A DNA stretch of 63,915 nt, the filler included, from Intoshia linei (taxonomy: Eukaryota; Animalia; Orthonectida): the NCBI GenBank assembly GCA_001642005.1. It is 8 parts of 8 records of this genome, joined end to end, with 100 filler letters (N's around TTAATTAATTAA, not from the genome) between each part and the next. Parts side by side here need not be neighbours in the genome. Positions count along the whole stretch, not along the records: positions 30,782 to 50,515 come from LWCA01000717.1; positions 50,616 to 52,000 come from LWCA01002642.1; positions 52,101 to 53,291 come from LWCA01002735.1; 5 more parts are not named here. One strand, written 5' to 3'. A program made the position numbers and the translations under genes. Under the pieces are notes generated by a model, which did no database searches, had not been told where the DNA came from, and saw nothing but the letters and a program-made list of their open reading frames with translations. Shown in pieces: positions 38,271 through 52,426 of the stretch. Positions within the stretch are counted from its first letter, which is position 1. Every line of letters begins with the position of its first letter.

Positions 38271-41200
38271 ATTATAAATAAATAATTAATAAAAGTTATG
38301 TAAATAATAATTGAATGAATTCCAATATTTTTTTGGGTTAAGTTCATATTGACTATATAGAATATAAATATTAACATTTCTAATAATAACAATATTTTCG
38401 GAGTATACACAAACAAATTTGGCTACTCTAAGTTCATAAAGTTCAAAATATCATATGGAGTGTAATAATGTAATCGTGATTTAAATATGTAGATCTAAAA
38501 TTTGATATATTGTGTAACAAGTTATGTTTCGAATTTAGTTAACCGCTTTGTTCTAAAAATTTCAGGTAACTGAATACTGTAAACCTATGTATAACAGACG
38601 TAAAATTGTAATGTTATAACACATTCTATTCTAAACATTTAACAACGTTCGTAAATTTATTATAACAATATAGTTTAATAACAATATGTATAACAACAAT
38701 TTTTATTATATATAAGGGTAATATTGAGTTCTGATAGTGGAAATTCACATTTTTTAGGTTTCCATTTATGATAATGCTTATGATTTTAAAACTATCCCAG
38801 AATATGTTTTATAAAATTTTAAGACATGTTTCATTTTTAAAACAAATGGTAACTTGGGTTTTTGATCATGAAGTTCCACGTTTCTAATGATGAGATTTAC
38901 GGCAATGCTAATGATTTAAAAACGTTCCCCAGGATATATGTATTATACAATTTTGAGTCTCATTTTATTTTTAAACAAAAAGAAACATTCGGATTTTGAC
39001 TCTGAAGGACTCAAATTCGGAAACTAAAAAATAAATATAAACACGTCTTAGGAAAAACTGTATGAGAAATTGGATTTTTTAAATTATATGACTGACAATT
39101 GTTTAAATATACGGTAAATTCACACAGAAATTCAATTTTATATAAGTTCAGTATAGTGCAAAATAAAATTGACTATACATATTTTTCTGGTCATTTTATT
39201 TTAATCTATGTGATTGAAAAATGTCAAATTTTCATAAAAATCAATTTAGGATACTAATTAATCAATTACTTATACATATGTATAATATACTACGCAGTAT
39301 TTGTTTGTGTGTGTGTGTTCCACTTTATTGAAATAACTACCAGTCTTAAAATTTTATAAAGTTTACATTTGAATGTTTAAGCCCTCTTGATCATCATAGA
39401 TAGGTATCTTAAAAATTTTACCAAACTATTTTTAATGCGATACAGCTACTAGACTCCTGCATGGGCACTTACTGGACAATTTAAATTTTCCACACAAAAA
39501 AATTCGAGACATTGAAAAATATATTTTTTGAAATACTAAACTTGAATAAATAAAACCACATTATAAAATTCATCATTGTCCAGGTATCCGAATAGGGATA
39601 TTGTGGCACGGTAGGTTATTTTATTATCTCATCGAAATTAGTAATATAAAATTTAAACTGTTATATCCTAAATTGTAATTATTACAATGTAATATATTAT
39701 TCGCTACTTTTGGTATGACTAATCATATTTTCAAAATGCGTTAAATTTAATAATTTACATTTTCGACTAATAATAAAAACTAACTAATTAATTTTTCTTA
39801 CTACTTTATAATTTCCAAAATTAATACTCTTAGTAAAAACTATGCAGACAGATTAAATGTTAAAATTTATAGAGCATTAAAAATATTTTAAAACCTTTAA
39901 AAAATAATAATGTCTGTTAAATAGTTATTGTAAACAGTTCATAATTTTATATACTTTCACATTCAATTATACTTTATATTTTTTTAACAGTTTATCATTT
40001 TTTATATAATATAATTCTATCAAAATTTATCTCAAAAAGACAATAAATTTGCCATGTAATTAATATATAATATTTATTTTTTAATCTTATATAAATGCAA
40101 TTTATTTTTAAAACGATGTCATTATTGTCGTTTAAATTTATTGTATGTTATATGCCTCGTCTGACATATTTATTTAAGTTATATATTGAAAAATCCTGAA
40201 TGTATAGTTTAGCTAGACTTCTTATGTGCTTATATATAATCTGTGTATTTCTAATGAGTTTGTGATTTTTTAGAAATATTTCATAAATAAAATTATTATA
40301 AATATCTGAATAAAAATTATATTCACTATCTGAACTATACTTATACGATTTTGAATACAATGTGCCGTTATTCATGCGTATTTTATTATTTATAAAATTG
40401 TGAAATAGATCTAAATAAGGGAAATAACCTTAAGGATAATGTATACTTTTCAAATATTTTTACAGAGAAATTTACAAAAACAAAGAAAAGCTAGTACTGA
40501 GGCAGCACGAGTAACGATTCTAAGGCAATGTATCCCAAACGTTTTGAAAAATAGCTTTTTTCATTATTATTGATAAAAAATAAAAATAATAAATTATTCA
40601 TATTAAAATATATAGTTTATTAATAAATTCAAAATATAAAAATTTCTTTTAATGAGAACTTTGAGCTTGATGTTTCTCACATAAAGTATGAAAATCAATT
40701 TTTATATTAGTATGTTTTACACTGATATCTCCTCTCGTGCATATATTAAGTATATTCCTTTTTATGGTGATAACATCATTGACGTGACTGAATCCGCATT
40801 CTATCATATCAGACATAGGAGAAGCAATTAAACATTTTTCAACCCTTCAACACATCGAACGATAAAAATTTGTACATTAATTGAAATCTACAATTTAACA
40901 AATCCTCCTAATATAAAATTAAATTTGCACTTTTTGAAACATTTTAATTCAATTAATTATTCCTGTAATCTATCATGTATGTATGTATATGTAATCATGA
41001 TTTAGGATTCACTTAATAGAGTTTTATAAACAAAACTTCACTACAGAAATAATTTCATTTTCCATTTAATAATACATAGCCACTAACTTAGACTAGTAGA
41101 TAACTAATTTAGTAATTAATTACTAAATTTTCGATAAACACAAATTTATTTTATCAATAGAATAATATAAATATTTAGAAATGAAGCTTGCATATTATTT

Positions 41201-41594
41201 TATTAGCATTTTGACTTTGATTAAATCTTATGTTTGCGAATACGGTAATATCATATTATTAACTAAATTGATAGTGCGTTGTTACTAAAAACTTGTTGAT
41301 GAAGCATCATTTTTTTTAATTGAAAGCGCACACTATTCTAATTATCTGCTACGAGATTGTAATAGAAAAACGAAAGTAGATAAAATTTATTTAAGGAAAT
41401 TTTGTTTTATGTTTGTATTATTAATTATTAATAGTATTATTAATTACATGTATAAATTCATGTAAAAAAAGAAAAAGTAGATCAGAATATGTTAAAAAAG
41501 TAAAAAGATTAAAACCATAGCAAAAGCATTAAAGTACTATTACATTAAATAAATTTTAATTGAAATATGTACAGAAAAAATTTATATAAAAATA

Positions 41595-42572
41595 CTAGGT
41601 TGACTGTTATGTACTACTACTTACAAAACAGCACCTAGCTCTGCTGAGGGCATATTTTTATTAAACCAAAAAAATAAATTCACGTTAAAAATCCTACTAT
41701 TCACTATTATCAGGTTTGGTCATGGTTTTCAAATTTTTTTCATGTGGAACTATCATATCACACTATTTTTTACTTTAAAGTGAATTATTCCATCTTTTTT
41801 TTTTTTTAACATTTGCCAAAAAATTGTAAAAAAAATTGTTATCTAATATTTTTAATTTATTAGACAGCATGTGTGTATAATATTAAAAATAAAGTAAAAA
41901 CAATTAAATCCTAAAAATTGTCATAAATAGCATAAATTCCAGTAAAAATAAAATTATAAAAACCTATTTTGTCATTTTCAATTTGATGATATATCAATTT
42001 AATAAATACTTAAAAATACCAATTATGTATTAATAATTAAAGGAATCTTCTCTTTATAAACATATTTCAGGCGAATTTTACCAATATTGCAAAGGAATAT
42101 AAAAATGATAATAACAAAGTTGTATTACTTTTAGTTTCGTTGTTGTAGTTTAAATTTGAAATTTAAAAATTGTGTAACAATAAAAAAAATTCCGACAGAA
42201 TAAATTATATAGATTTTCACCCATAATTATATATTAAAAATATGTAGACGTTTAATGCACATTTTTTTTATAATTGTAGGATCAATATACCTTATACCTT
42301 TTGAATTTTTATTTTAATCAAAATATTTCAAAAATATTGGTTGATAATATATTAAAAATTATTTTTTACCGGAAGTGCGTAGATTTCTGGGGTTGAAATT
42401 TTGGATTTATATCAACTGGAATAAGCTCTATCAGAATAAATTTTCTTTAATTTTCGGACCGTTAATTATTTCACATTTTTTGTTTAAATAAAATATTTCG
42501 GAAAAAAGATATATGAATACTAAAATGCACACACACACAAACCAATATTGCGTAGCATATCATATAAGTAAA
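41595..42572 (-). mobile_element. Non-autonomous Helitron (internally deleted copy)
   Basis: CTAG end at 41595, family body, and (CA)n tract near the 5' end. Confidence 0.8.
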
Positions 42573-45500
42573 AATTAAAATGGTGTGCGCAACTCGAATA
42601 GGCATTTTTTATAAATTACGTAAGATAATACTATTTATATTTCATGAATACACTAAACCCACACTAAATCTATGTATTTCATATATTTTCCAAAAAATGT
42701 GACACCCTATAATACATCAAGTCTAAAAATATTATATATTATTATATATATATATATTATAAAACTATTCCGTAAATTACATGAATTGACTAGATTGCAC
42801 TGCAGATCACAAAAATTTGTATAGATCAATTTTCAAATACCTATTATTGGATCAATGTGAATTAAATTGCAAGTAAATATTGTTAAAATAATAAAACATT
42901 TTTCAAATGTTTAGACAGAAGGACATTGCATTACAAAATATTAACCACATTGGAAATTGCACATGGGATATGAATTTAAAAATAACTAGAATATTGTTTG
43001 AAAACAACCATATTAATATATGCAATCCTAATAATTTAGAAAAAAGTGTATTATGTTTTTTGCAAAATGCAGAATGTCTTAATTTACTGATAAATTTACT
43101 GGATAATTACGATAAACCATCATATTGCGAGTAAAATTTATAAACTATATATTAATAAATTTTTGAATTTTAGAAATTTTACTAAAACAGTGGAATGTAT
43201 ACGTAACGAATTTATAGATAAAAATGTATATAATCAACATATTCACGATTTAATTGAAACTGTATTTGGAATAATTGCAGTATCTAAATGTGAAAATGAA
43301 CCATGTATGCAAAAACCTTGTCTAACTGGAAATTGTAGAAATGTTGCATTAAATAATATTCAATGTGAATGTGATTCTTGTTCATCTGGTGCTACTTGTG
43401 AGGAAAGTTTATAAACTTTTGTTTTATCTTAATCAAATTATTTTATTTACAGTTACAGTTAGGGGATGTGAAATATATGATTGGGAAGAATGCTTCATGG
43501 ATTATAAAGATGTTATTAATGACTTGATGCAAACTTTTAATGTGACAAAAACTATATGCCAGTAAACTTTATTAATTTTTTTATTAAGATTACATTGTAC
43601 TCTCTTACTCATTTTTTATATTAGAATTTTAAAAATCTTACAAAATTGTATCCTGCCGTCTGAATCCAATTGTCTTTCATTTGAGCAAAAGTGGAACTTT
43701 AATAATTTCAAAGAAATTATTCTTTATTTAGAAAAAACATGTCAAGACGAAACAATAAGTAATATTATTGAATTTCGAAAATGTTAATAACAGTAGATTA
43801 GATTCTTTACGGTTTGTAAAATTTTATTTTTCCGTTTTTTTAGTTTCATTAAAAATTTAACTTTCTTAAGATACATGTATATCATGGTGAGAAATAATTT
43901 TATTAATAAAAAACATTATAAATTAAGTTGAGGAATCGAAATGATAAATAAATATTCTTAATTAAAAAGAAATAAAATGTTGAAAAGAGAATAAATATTT
44001 TTTAATATAACTTGATTTCTTAGATAACTCATGATTGGTTCGTTGGAATAGTCTTTATATCTTTTTTCCACGTTTATCACTTTTAATCATATATTTAAAA
44101 TTAATTTATAAAGCAATGGTTGTATTGAACTTGTACCTGAATTTTCTAAAAGAAGATTGTGTCTCCGGATATAAAAAATGTGAAACTCATATAATTGAAG
44201 CGTATTTACCAAAAAATATTATTCATGAATATTTAGCATTAAATATACTAATAATTTAAATAATATACGATTATATCAATACGTTAATAATATTATTGAA
44301 TTTTATGATTGTTATACGCCTTACATTAATATATGTTTCGAATCTGTGCCGAATGAAATAAAAAATTTTTTGGATAATATCATTGCAAAGATAAAGCCAA
44401 CAAACAAAATACCATGTTATGATACAAAAAAATGTCTCAATATCATCGACTCTTACATATTTAACGTAACCAAATCATCCTCACCTATTTATGAATTAAT
44501 ACATTCAAATTCCACGAGAAATTACCATTTAGTTGAATTAAAAGAAATAAAAAGGTTAAACTAGTTTAACTTTTAAATATCCATCTAGTAAATTTATTTC
44601 CACAAAATTATGTATCCACCAATCTATATGCCACGATATTTACGAAATGGGAGAAATTTATACAGATATAGCTATTAGAGAAAATTTTTTATCAACTTAT
44701 ATCACCATCAACATTTGTGAAAATGGGTTAGAATGTGAAAATGGAGGTTTCTGTGATTCAAATATTTGTTATTGTTTAAAAGGGTATTCTGGAATTTCCT
44801 GCAAAATATGTAGTGTATGCTTTTAAAATGATATAATGCAAAATTTAGCTGACGCATGTAGTAATTACAAAGCTATACATTGTTTGACAGTAATTGAATC
44901 CAAATTAAATAAAGTTCCAGGAATTAGAAATTTACCAGTTTTTAACAACGACAATCATTTTGTTATAAGTCAAAATTCTACCATAAATTCGTGTGGGTAA
45001 TTTTGAAGTATATATATTTTTTTGTAATGTATTATTTTAGATATAATAACTATTTAAGCTCTTGTTTCGATAAATTAAGGGAAAATTGTTCAAACAATGA
45101 TATAGTCGAAATATTGAATTTAAAAAAATGTACAATAAATTCGTACATAAGTGATTATACTATTATGTTATTAATATGATTAATATAGTTAAAAACTGTA
45201 ATAAAATGTGCAAATTTAATACATGCCAAAATGGAGGATATTGTATAGGTAGGAATTATCAAGAAGGTTACAAATGCATATGCAAAATTGGTATCAATGG
45301 TCAGAATTGTCAATGTAAATTTATTTTTTACATATAATATAATTAAAAGTTTTGATAATAATTTTATTGTCGGGTAGTCTCGAGCAGGGTAGGTTGGGCT
45401 CTCATTATTAGCCGATTCTACAATATATGTACTTTGTTTTTAAATCGAAAGTGTGCTAAATTGAACTCATAATATATAAATTTTCAGTAGATTAATTCGT

Positions 45501-48496
45501 TTTTCATAACTAAAGTCATTTTTCAAATTATAAAGTCTTTTATTTTCTTTGTTATTGATAAATATTGATAATAACGCAATACTACTTATTGATAATAAGT
45601 ACTATTATTGATGTATGATAACTTATTAATAATAAGTTATTGTACATTATCATTTGTGAACATATCCAACACTAGGAAGATTATTGATGCAAACCAAAAA
45701 AACCAAAACGTTAAAATTGATTTTAAATTAGAAAAAAGGACTTAACAATTTAAAAATATAACGTTAACTGCGAAAAAGTGACTTTATATTATGAAATAAT
45801 GACTTAATTAATGAAAAAACGACTCTATTTATTGAAAAAGTATATAACATCTAATATTTATAAAACTTTGCCTTTAAAATTTGAAATTATGCGTCAACTA
45901 TGAAAAAGTGACTTTATGTTATGTAAATATAACGTTTAAGAACTAAAACGACTTTATTTATGAAATTCTGTATAATATACAAGTATAATTTTATATTATT
46001 TCAGTATACAATAAATATCAATTTGTTTTAAATGTGAAAATCAATAGTTACTAAACATTTTAAACTAATTCAAAATTTAAATTGTAAAGTAATCAGATTA
46101 ACAATAATAAAAATGTTTATATTACTTGAATACAATATTGTATTGTGAAAATTCGAATCTTTGGATTAATAAATGGTCATGTTCATATTGAACAAGATTG
46201 GATGTATATTATCCAACATACAAGCATAGATATTTAAATTTTCACTTTTTAATTTTAATTAAAAAATTTGGTTGATAATTATCAATATACATTAATAATT
46301 ATTTTTCACAGCGAAATACATTCTGGGGTTGAAATTTTGTATATACTGTATATCAACAGTAATAGCTGTATCAGAATAATCTTTTTTTAAATTCTATAAC
46401 CATGTATTATTTCAAATTTTTTGTGTTAAATGTTACTATTACCATTAAAATGTTGATAAAATACTTTCCAAATAAAAAATGAATATCGAAGCGTTTTTTT
46501 TGACCGTGAAGGCGTTACTTTGTCAGATTGAATATTTTTGTGAGTATTAACTGGATATATCTGTATCATACATCATTTTTTTAAAAATTTTAGGAATATT
46601 TTTATTTTTTACCCTTTTTAATGTTGCTATTGATGATAACGCTACGATCTTAATACGTATGCCAGAATTTATGTTCTATAAAACTTTTTTCATTTTTAAA
46701 ACATAGGGTAATTTGTAGTTTTGATAATCAAAATGTACGTTTTTGAGGCTGAGATTTACGAAATTGTTAATAATTTCCAAACGCATTCTAGAATTTATGT
46801 TGTTTTACATTTTAAGGCTGATTTTATTTGAAAAAAGGGAAAATTAGGTTTTTCACTCTGAAGGACTTAATTTTGGAAAATTAAACATAGATAGGAACAT
46901 CACAAACAAAATGATATTCGTAAGGGTGTTTTTTAAATATACGGTGACATGCATACAGACATTAAATTTATATAAATATAGGATATATGTAGTTTACAAT
47001 ATTACGTGTAATTTGGATCAAATAAATGCAACAATTCAAGAAATGTTTATTATGATAAGAAATTTGGTATGCAAAGAAGATGATTGTGAGTAATATATTA
47101 AATAATATTTAATATTAAAACATCAGCGTTTCTCAAACTATTAAGTCCACAGAATTTCCGTATGTTAATATGAAGAATACATAAAAAACCATATTGATTC
47201 TTGTAACCTACGCATTCAATAATTTTCATCCGAAAAATCTATTTTTGGCCTAACATATAGGGAATGCACTAGAAAAATAAATACGGATGTGAAAAATAAA
47301 CAAAATACTCTTTTTAAAACAAAATTAATAAATAATATAATAAATAAATTTATTTATTTGAAAAATGTTGAAATATAGTATTAATTAACTATAATTTAAA
47401 ACAAATTAGTGACATTAATGAAATGGTACAAGATTATATAGAAGTTGTAAATGAAATTTGCAAAAATAGTTCTTCATCTATATTATCTCTATTGTCTCCG
47501 TCTTTACAATTATTGAATAATTTGACTACATTTTCACATGAATTTTGTTTCAAAGGTATTTTTTTATAATAAAATTTATTAGCAATATAATACATTCAAC
47601 GTAAGCATAATAAATTGCATGTTAAATTATAATTTAGTAAAAGAAGAAATGTAACGTTTTATTGATTATAAATTAAATTTAATGGGTTTGCTTAGTTTAT
47701 AAAAATAATTTATAATTGTTTTGTATCTTTAAACAGCAAACTTTAATAGATAATCTGATATTAATATTAAATTTAAATTTTCAATAATTTATTTTTTAAA
47801 TTAAGACCATTCATGTGAGGATTATGATTTAATGTTTAAATCTCTGGATTTTATGGTAATAGTTAAAGCAAGTCAAAATGCAGAAATATCATTATGTGAT
47901 CAATTATTAAATCTTCGATTAGAAATATATTTAAGAAAGGAAAACTGCACTAATAAAAAATATTGTATTAGATATTCTAGACTATTTGATATATTTTTTC
48001 AAAAAATATCAAACTACAACTGTATTCTACCATGTCAAAATAGTTATTTGTGCTACCAAGACGGTAAAGTATGTAGAGATCTTGGAGATCATGAGAAATG
48101 TACCGGTAATTTCTTTTAATAATTATAAAAACATACTCATAGTGTACATTCTAAATTGTTGTCTACTAATTAGAATCAGTAACTTGGTATGGAGGGCGCA
48201 ATTTTCAAGATATATTGTAACACATTATTAACTGCTACCAGAGACCATTGAAGCTATCTTGTTACATATTCTATCTTTCATTTCTCGATTGAATTGAAAT
48301 TTTATAGCCGTTATGGATGTTTCGATGATACATATATGCACACTAGGGTGTGCACTTTTTTAAAAAAAAAGTATATCTGCATATAAATGTTTTTTTGTGT
48401 ACTAATCACGAATATGCAAAAATGTATACGTTTGTTTCAAATTTGCTCCGTTTATGTTTTAAAACGTGTATGATACTTATTAATTTTATATCATTA

Positions 48497-49817
48497 CTAG
48501 ATTGACTTTTATGTACTACGTACAAACAGTACCTAGCTCTATTGAGGGCACATTTTTATTATACTAAAAAAATAAATTCACGTTGAAAATCTAACTAAAA
48601 TTCTACCATTTACTATTATCAATACTTTAAGGGAGGTGTTCCCCAACTTGTTTCAGGTGGAACCATCATATCACATTACTTTTTAGTTTAAAGTGAATTA
48701 TACCATTTTAACTTTGTTTTGTTAACATCTGCGTAAAGAATTTTAATAACAATTGTTATCCCATTTTTTTAATTTATTAGACAAAATGTGTGTGTATAAT
48801 ATTAAAAATAAAGTCAAAACAGTTCAATTCTAAAAAATGTCATAAAGCATAAAATCCAAAAAAAATAAAAAATTAAAACCTATTTTGTCATTTTCAATGT
48901 GATGATATATATTTAGTAATAAATATAAAAAAGATATTAAAAATTTTGTATAACTTTTAGTTTCGTTGTTGTAGTTTCTATTTAAATTTGTATTCAAAAT
49001 ATTTTGAAAATGAGAATTTAAAATTGCGTAGCAATGAAAAAAATTTCGAAAGAATAAATTATATAGATTTTCACCCATATTTATTTATTGGAAATGTGTA
49101 GACGTTCACTGCACATTTGTTTTGAAATTGTAGGATCATTATTTACATTTTCAATTTTTATTTTAATTGAAATATTTGAAAAATATTGGTTGAATATATT
49201 AAAAGTATTTTTCACCCGAGAATGCGTAGATTTCTCGGGTTGCACTTTTGTGTTTATATCAACTGGAATAAGCTCTATCAGAATAAATTTTCTTTAATTT
49301 TCGGACCATTAATTATTTCACATTTTTTGTTTAAATAAAATATTTCGGAAAAAAAATATATGAATACTAAAATGCTTTTTTGACCGTGAAGTCGCCACTT
49401 AATCAGATTGAAATTTTTTATGTGTGTTAAAAGGATACAAATGTACCACCTGTAAATTTTTTTAAATTCAAGAGCTGTTGTCTTAAAAACAAAAAGGGTA
49501 ATTTGGGGTTTGGCCATAAAGATATAAAATTTTTAAATTTAAATTTATGATAATATCTATGATTTTAAAATCAATATCACAGTGTATATTTTTTTAAACT
49601 CTCGAACTCTTTTGATTTTTAAAAAAAAAACAATTGGGCTTTTTGACCCCTAACATGTAAGTTTGGCAGGTTGAAATTTATTTTGCTAACATCTCGAAAA
49701 AAACTGTAATTGAAATTTGTCTTTATAAAATTATAAGACTGGTAATTATTGAAATAAACGATAACACACACAGACAAACAAAAAATATTATACAAAGATA
49801 TATATTATAAGGAAGGA
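48497..49817 (-). mobile_element. Full-length non-autonomous Helitron (~1.3 kb)
   Basis: Minus strand A|TCCTTCCTTATAAT...gtcaatCTAG|T, no TSD, gtac-tac-gtac subterminal hairpin. Further partial copies at ~7750-7960, 13490-13700, 38700-39100, 46240-46950, 50464-50515, 53430-53820, 56222-57040, 61850-62158, 63440-63915. Confidence 0.88.
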
Positions 49818-50642
49818 TGATTAAAATTACAATTGTATTACCAATTTCAGTAGTTTAGTTATTTTAGAACACTAATAATTGACCATACATTTGTATATTT
49901 GATCATATTTAAAATAAATTAAAATAGATTTTATAATCCGTCATTATGACCACGATATTTGAGATAAAAGTAAATTTCCTATTAAAGTCTGATTTTTATT
50001 AACTATTGTCGTGTTCAACATCATCTAGTTTTGTGTATTGTATTTAGTTGTTAACTATCAATTTCTTCACACTATTTGTTTCACAATATTCCTCTTTATG
50101 AAATGTATATTTAGATCCAAATTGTGAATTAGATTACTTACAACAATGCGCATATGATTATCTGATTGGAAATGTCGATTGTCGATGTTCAGTAAATTCT
50201 TTCGACAGGTTAAATATATTTAATTTAAAATCATTCTCTAAAACTCGTACAGGACCACATAGAGGTTAAGATATGAGATTCATCTGATGTGTGATCATCA
50301 GGGCGTAATTATTTCCATTTTACACAATTATAAAACTATAAAAATTTAATCTTTTATATATTTTTTTAAGTTTAGTACAATGTAGTAATAATTAAGTACA
50401 TTAAGTAATGTAAGTACATGTAAACGATATATGAAAATGAATGAATAACGAAAATACATTGTACTAGCTTGGCAGTTTTGTACTACGTACAAACAGCACC
50501 TAGCTCTGCCGAGGGNNNNNNNNNNNNNNNNNNNNNNNNNNNNNNNNNNNNNNNNNNNNTTAATTAATTAANNNNNNNNNNNNNNNNNNNNNNNNNNNNN
50601 NNNNNNNNNNNNNNNTTTATCGTTATTAATTTTACAACTTAG

Positions 50643-51221
50643 CTCCACACTTGAACGGTTTAGAAAATAAATATTATATAAAAGAACCTCGATATGATAA
50701 TGTAAATGATAAATATATAAAACCAAATTATGATAAATTTAAAATGAAATCCGAATATCACGAAAATATGAATAATTATAATCCCTTTTATGGTGTTAAT
50801 GATTCAAAATTAGTATCAACGTCAGATTACCACCTTGAAAAATTTAACGAAAACCTGATTGAACCTACCGAAATGTTTAATGGTAAATTTAATTTTTTTC
50901 AAATTATGAATGTAATGTAAAATTTTAATAGACATGATTGGTAATGGCATTGAATACAAAACGTTTAATAATGGGGGAAATTATTTGACTAATGAATGCC
51001 AGTTAAAAGGAACATACCACCAAAATGGTAAAACAAATAATTTGAAATCTAATGGATTTGTAGGCTCAAAAATTGAAAAAATTGCGAAAAGCAATCAAAG
51101 TGTCTTAGACAGAGATGTAGCTAATACTAGCCAATCAAATTATTATTTTTCTGATAAAGACACTTCAAATATTAATCCTACAATGACAGAAAAATTGATA
51201 AAAAGTGGCGCAAATAGTTAG
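50643..51221 (+). CDS. Last two exons of an unidentified gene (N/K-rich, contains NPFY)
   Basis: Exons 50643-50882 and 50932-51221 join in frame across a 49-nt phase-1 intron; AATAAA follows at ~51313. Confidence 0.6.
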
Positions 51222-52426
51222 TATAACTTACTAATCACTCATAAATTTTTAATTGGTATATATGTTTATATATACATTTTTGTTATACAATTTTTATTGT
51301 TTTTCATTTATTAATAAACCAAATTAATTTGATTTACTTTTTAGAAATTTTTTTTCATTGCTTATATTTCTTTTAATTTAAAAGTCTGCAGGATCCAAGT
51401 TTAGCGTCGATTTTCATATATTTTGTGGATTTTTTGTAGTAAATAAGGCAATTAATTTAAGGCATGCCATTTATACCCTTTTAACTGAATATAAATTGCA
51501 CCATTTTCAATTGGGAAATATTTTTTTTCAATGTACCGATTTATGAACATTTCTGACTTGTCAAGTTGCAGTAACTTTGAACAATGTAGTAAAACATTTA
51601 AATTAAAAAAAATGTTTAATTAAAACAATACATTGATATATCAGAATCTTGGATCAATAACATTTCTATTATCATAATCAAAACCGTTTTGAATTGTGTA
51701 TTTATGTACTGTGCCAATAGATTGGTCATCTAATAGTAATGGTATTTCAAATTAATTAAAAATTACTTGTTGAATGTACTAAATTTAATCCATTAATTGT
51801 AAAGAGAGAAATGAATTCATCGTTGACAGTTTGAAAAACCAAAAAGAAGCAAATGTTTTTATATTTAATGTAATGACTTTTCTAATAATAAATTCATTAA
51901 TTTGTGTATTTTTAATTATAATATAATTATTAATTAACTAAAATTTAACCTGGTGTACGTCAGTAAAAATCGAATAAAAAAATTAAAGTGAAATTATATC
52001 NNNNNNNNNNNNNNNNNNNNNNNNNNNNNNNNNNNNNNNNNNNNTTAATTAATTAANNNNNNNNNNNNNNNNNNNNNNNNNNNNNNNNNNNNNNNNNNNN
52101 TATTATATATATACATTATAATGTACGTTCATTAAAATATTAAATAACATTAACAATAATAATAATAATAACACATATAATAATAGTATTCAATAAATAA
52201 TTCATATGAAAAAATTCTAAATATATACTGATAATTGTAATCTATAAAAATTATTATCGCATACATCATTCAGTCGAAACAAAGGGTATGTCAAAAATAT
52301 TTGGCTACATGCAATATTTGAGGTTGTGGTGGGATCTTGGGGAAAGCCAAATGTTATCTTTATTAGTTGGAAATTCCAACTTCCAACTTGGAATATAAAC
52401 TTTTAAATGTAATTTAATATATTTAG

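Larger units (their letters stand above)
41181..50276 (+). pseudogene. Secreted multi-exon EGF/Cys-rich protein, apparently disrupted
   Basis: Signal peptide MKLAYYFISILTLIKSYVCE. EGF units at ~43310 (CMQKPCLTGNC..CECDSCSSGATCE), ~44717 (CENGLECENGGFCDSNICYCLKGYSGISC) and ~45208 (CQNGGYC..YKCICKIGINGQNC). Many short GT-AG introns; in-frame TAA at 41286 and broken frames near 44030-44260 and 47130-47222. The 3' boundary is uncertain. Confidence 0.6.

Noticed and set aside
41286-41288. In-frame TAA codons as evidence of stop-codon reassignment
   Set aside because: RPB5, MRPL55 and the phosphatase-like gene end normally at TAA, and the same locus also has frameshifts; decay or sequence error is simpler.
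18703-49517. Similar hydrophobic ORFs (18703-18924, 48830-49078, 49088-49297, 49278-49517) as a gene family
   Set aside because: They fall inside copies of the non-coding Helitron; frames are not conserved between copies.
51370-51960. Minus-strand multi-exon gene fragment
   Set aside because: Some plausible splice sites, but I could not build one consistent reading frame or recognise a product.
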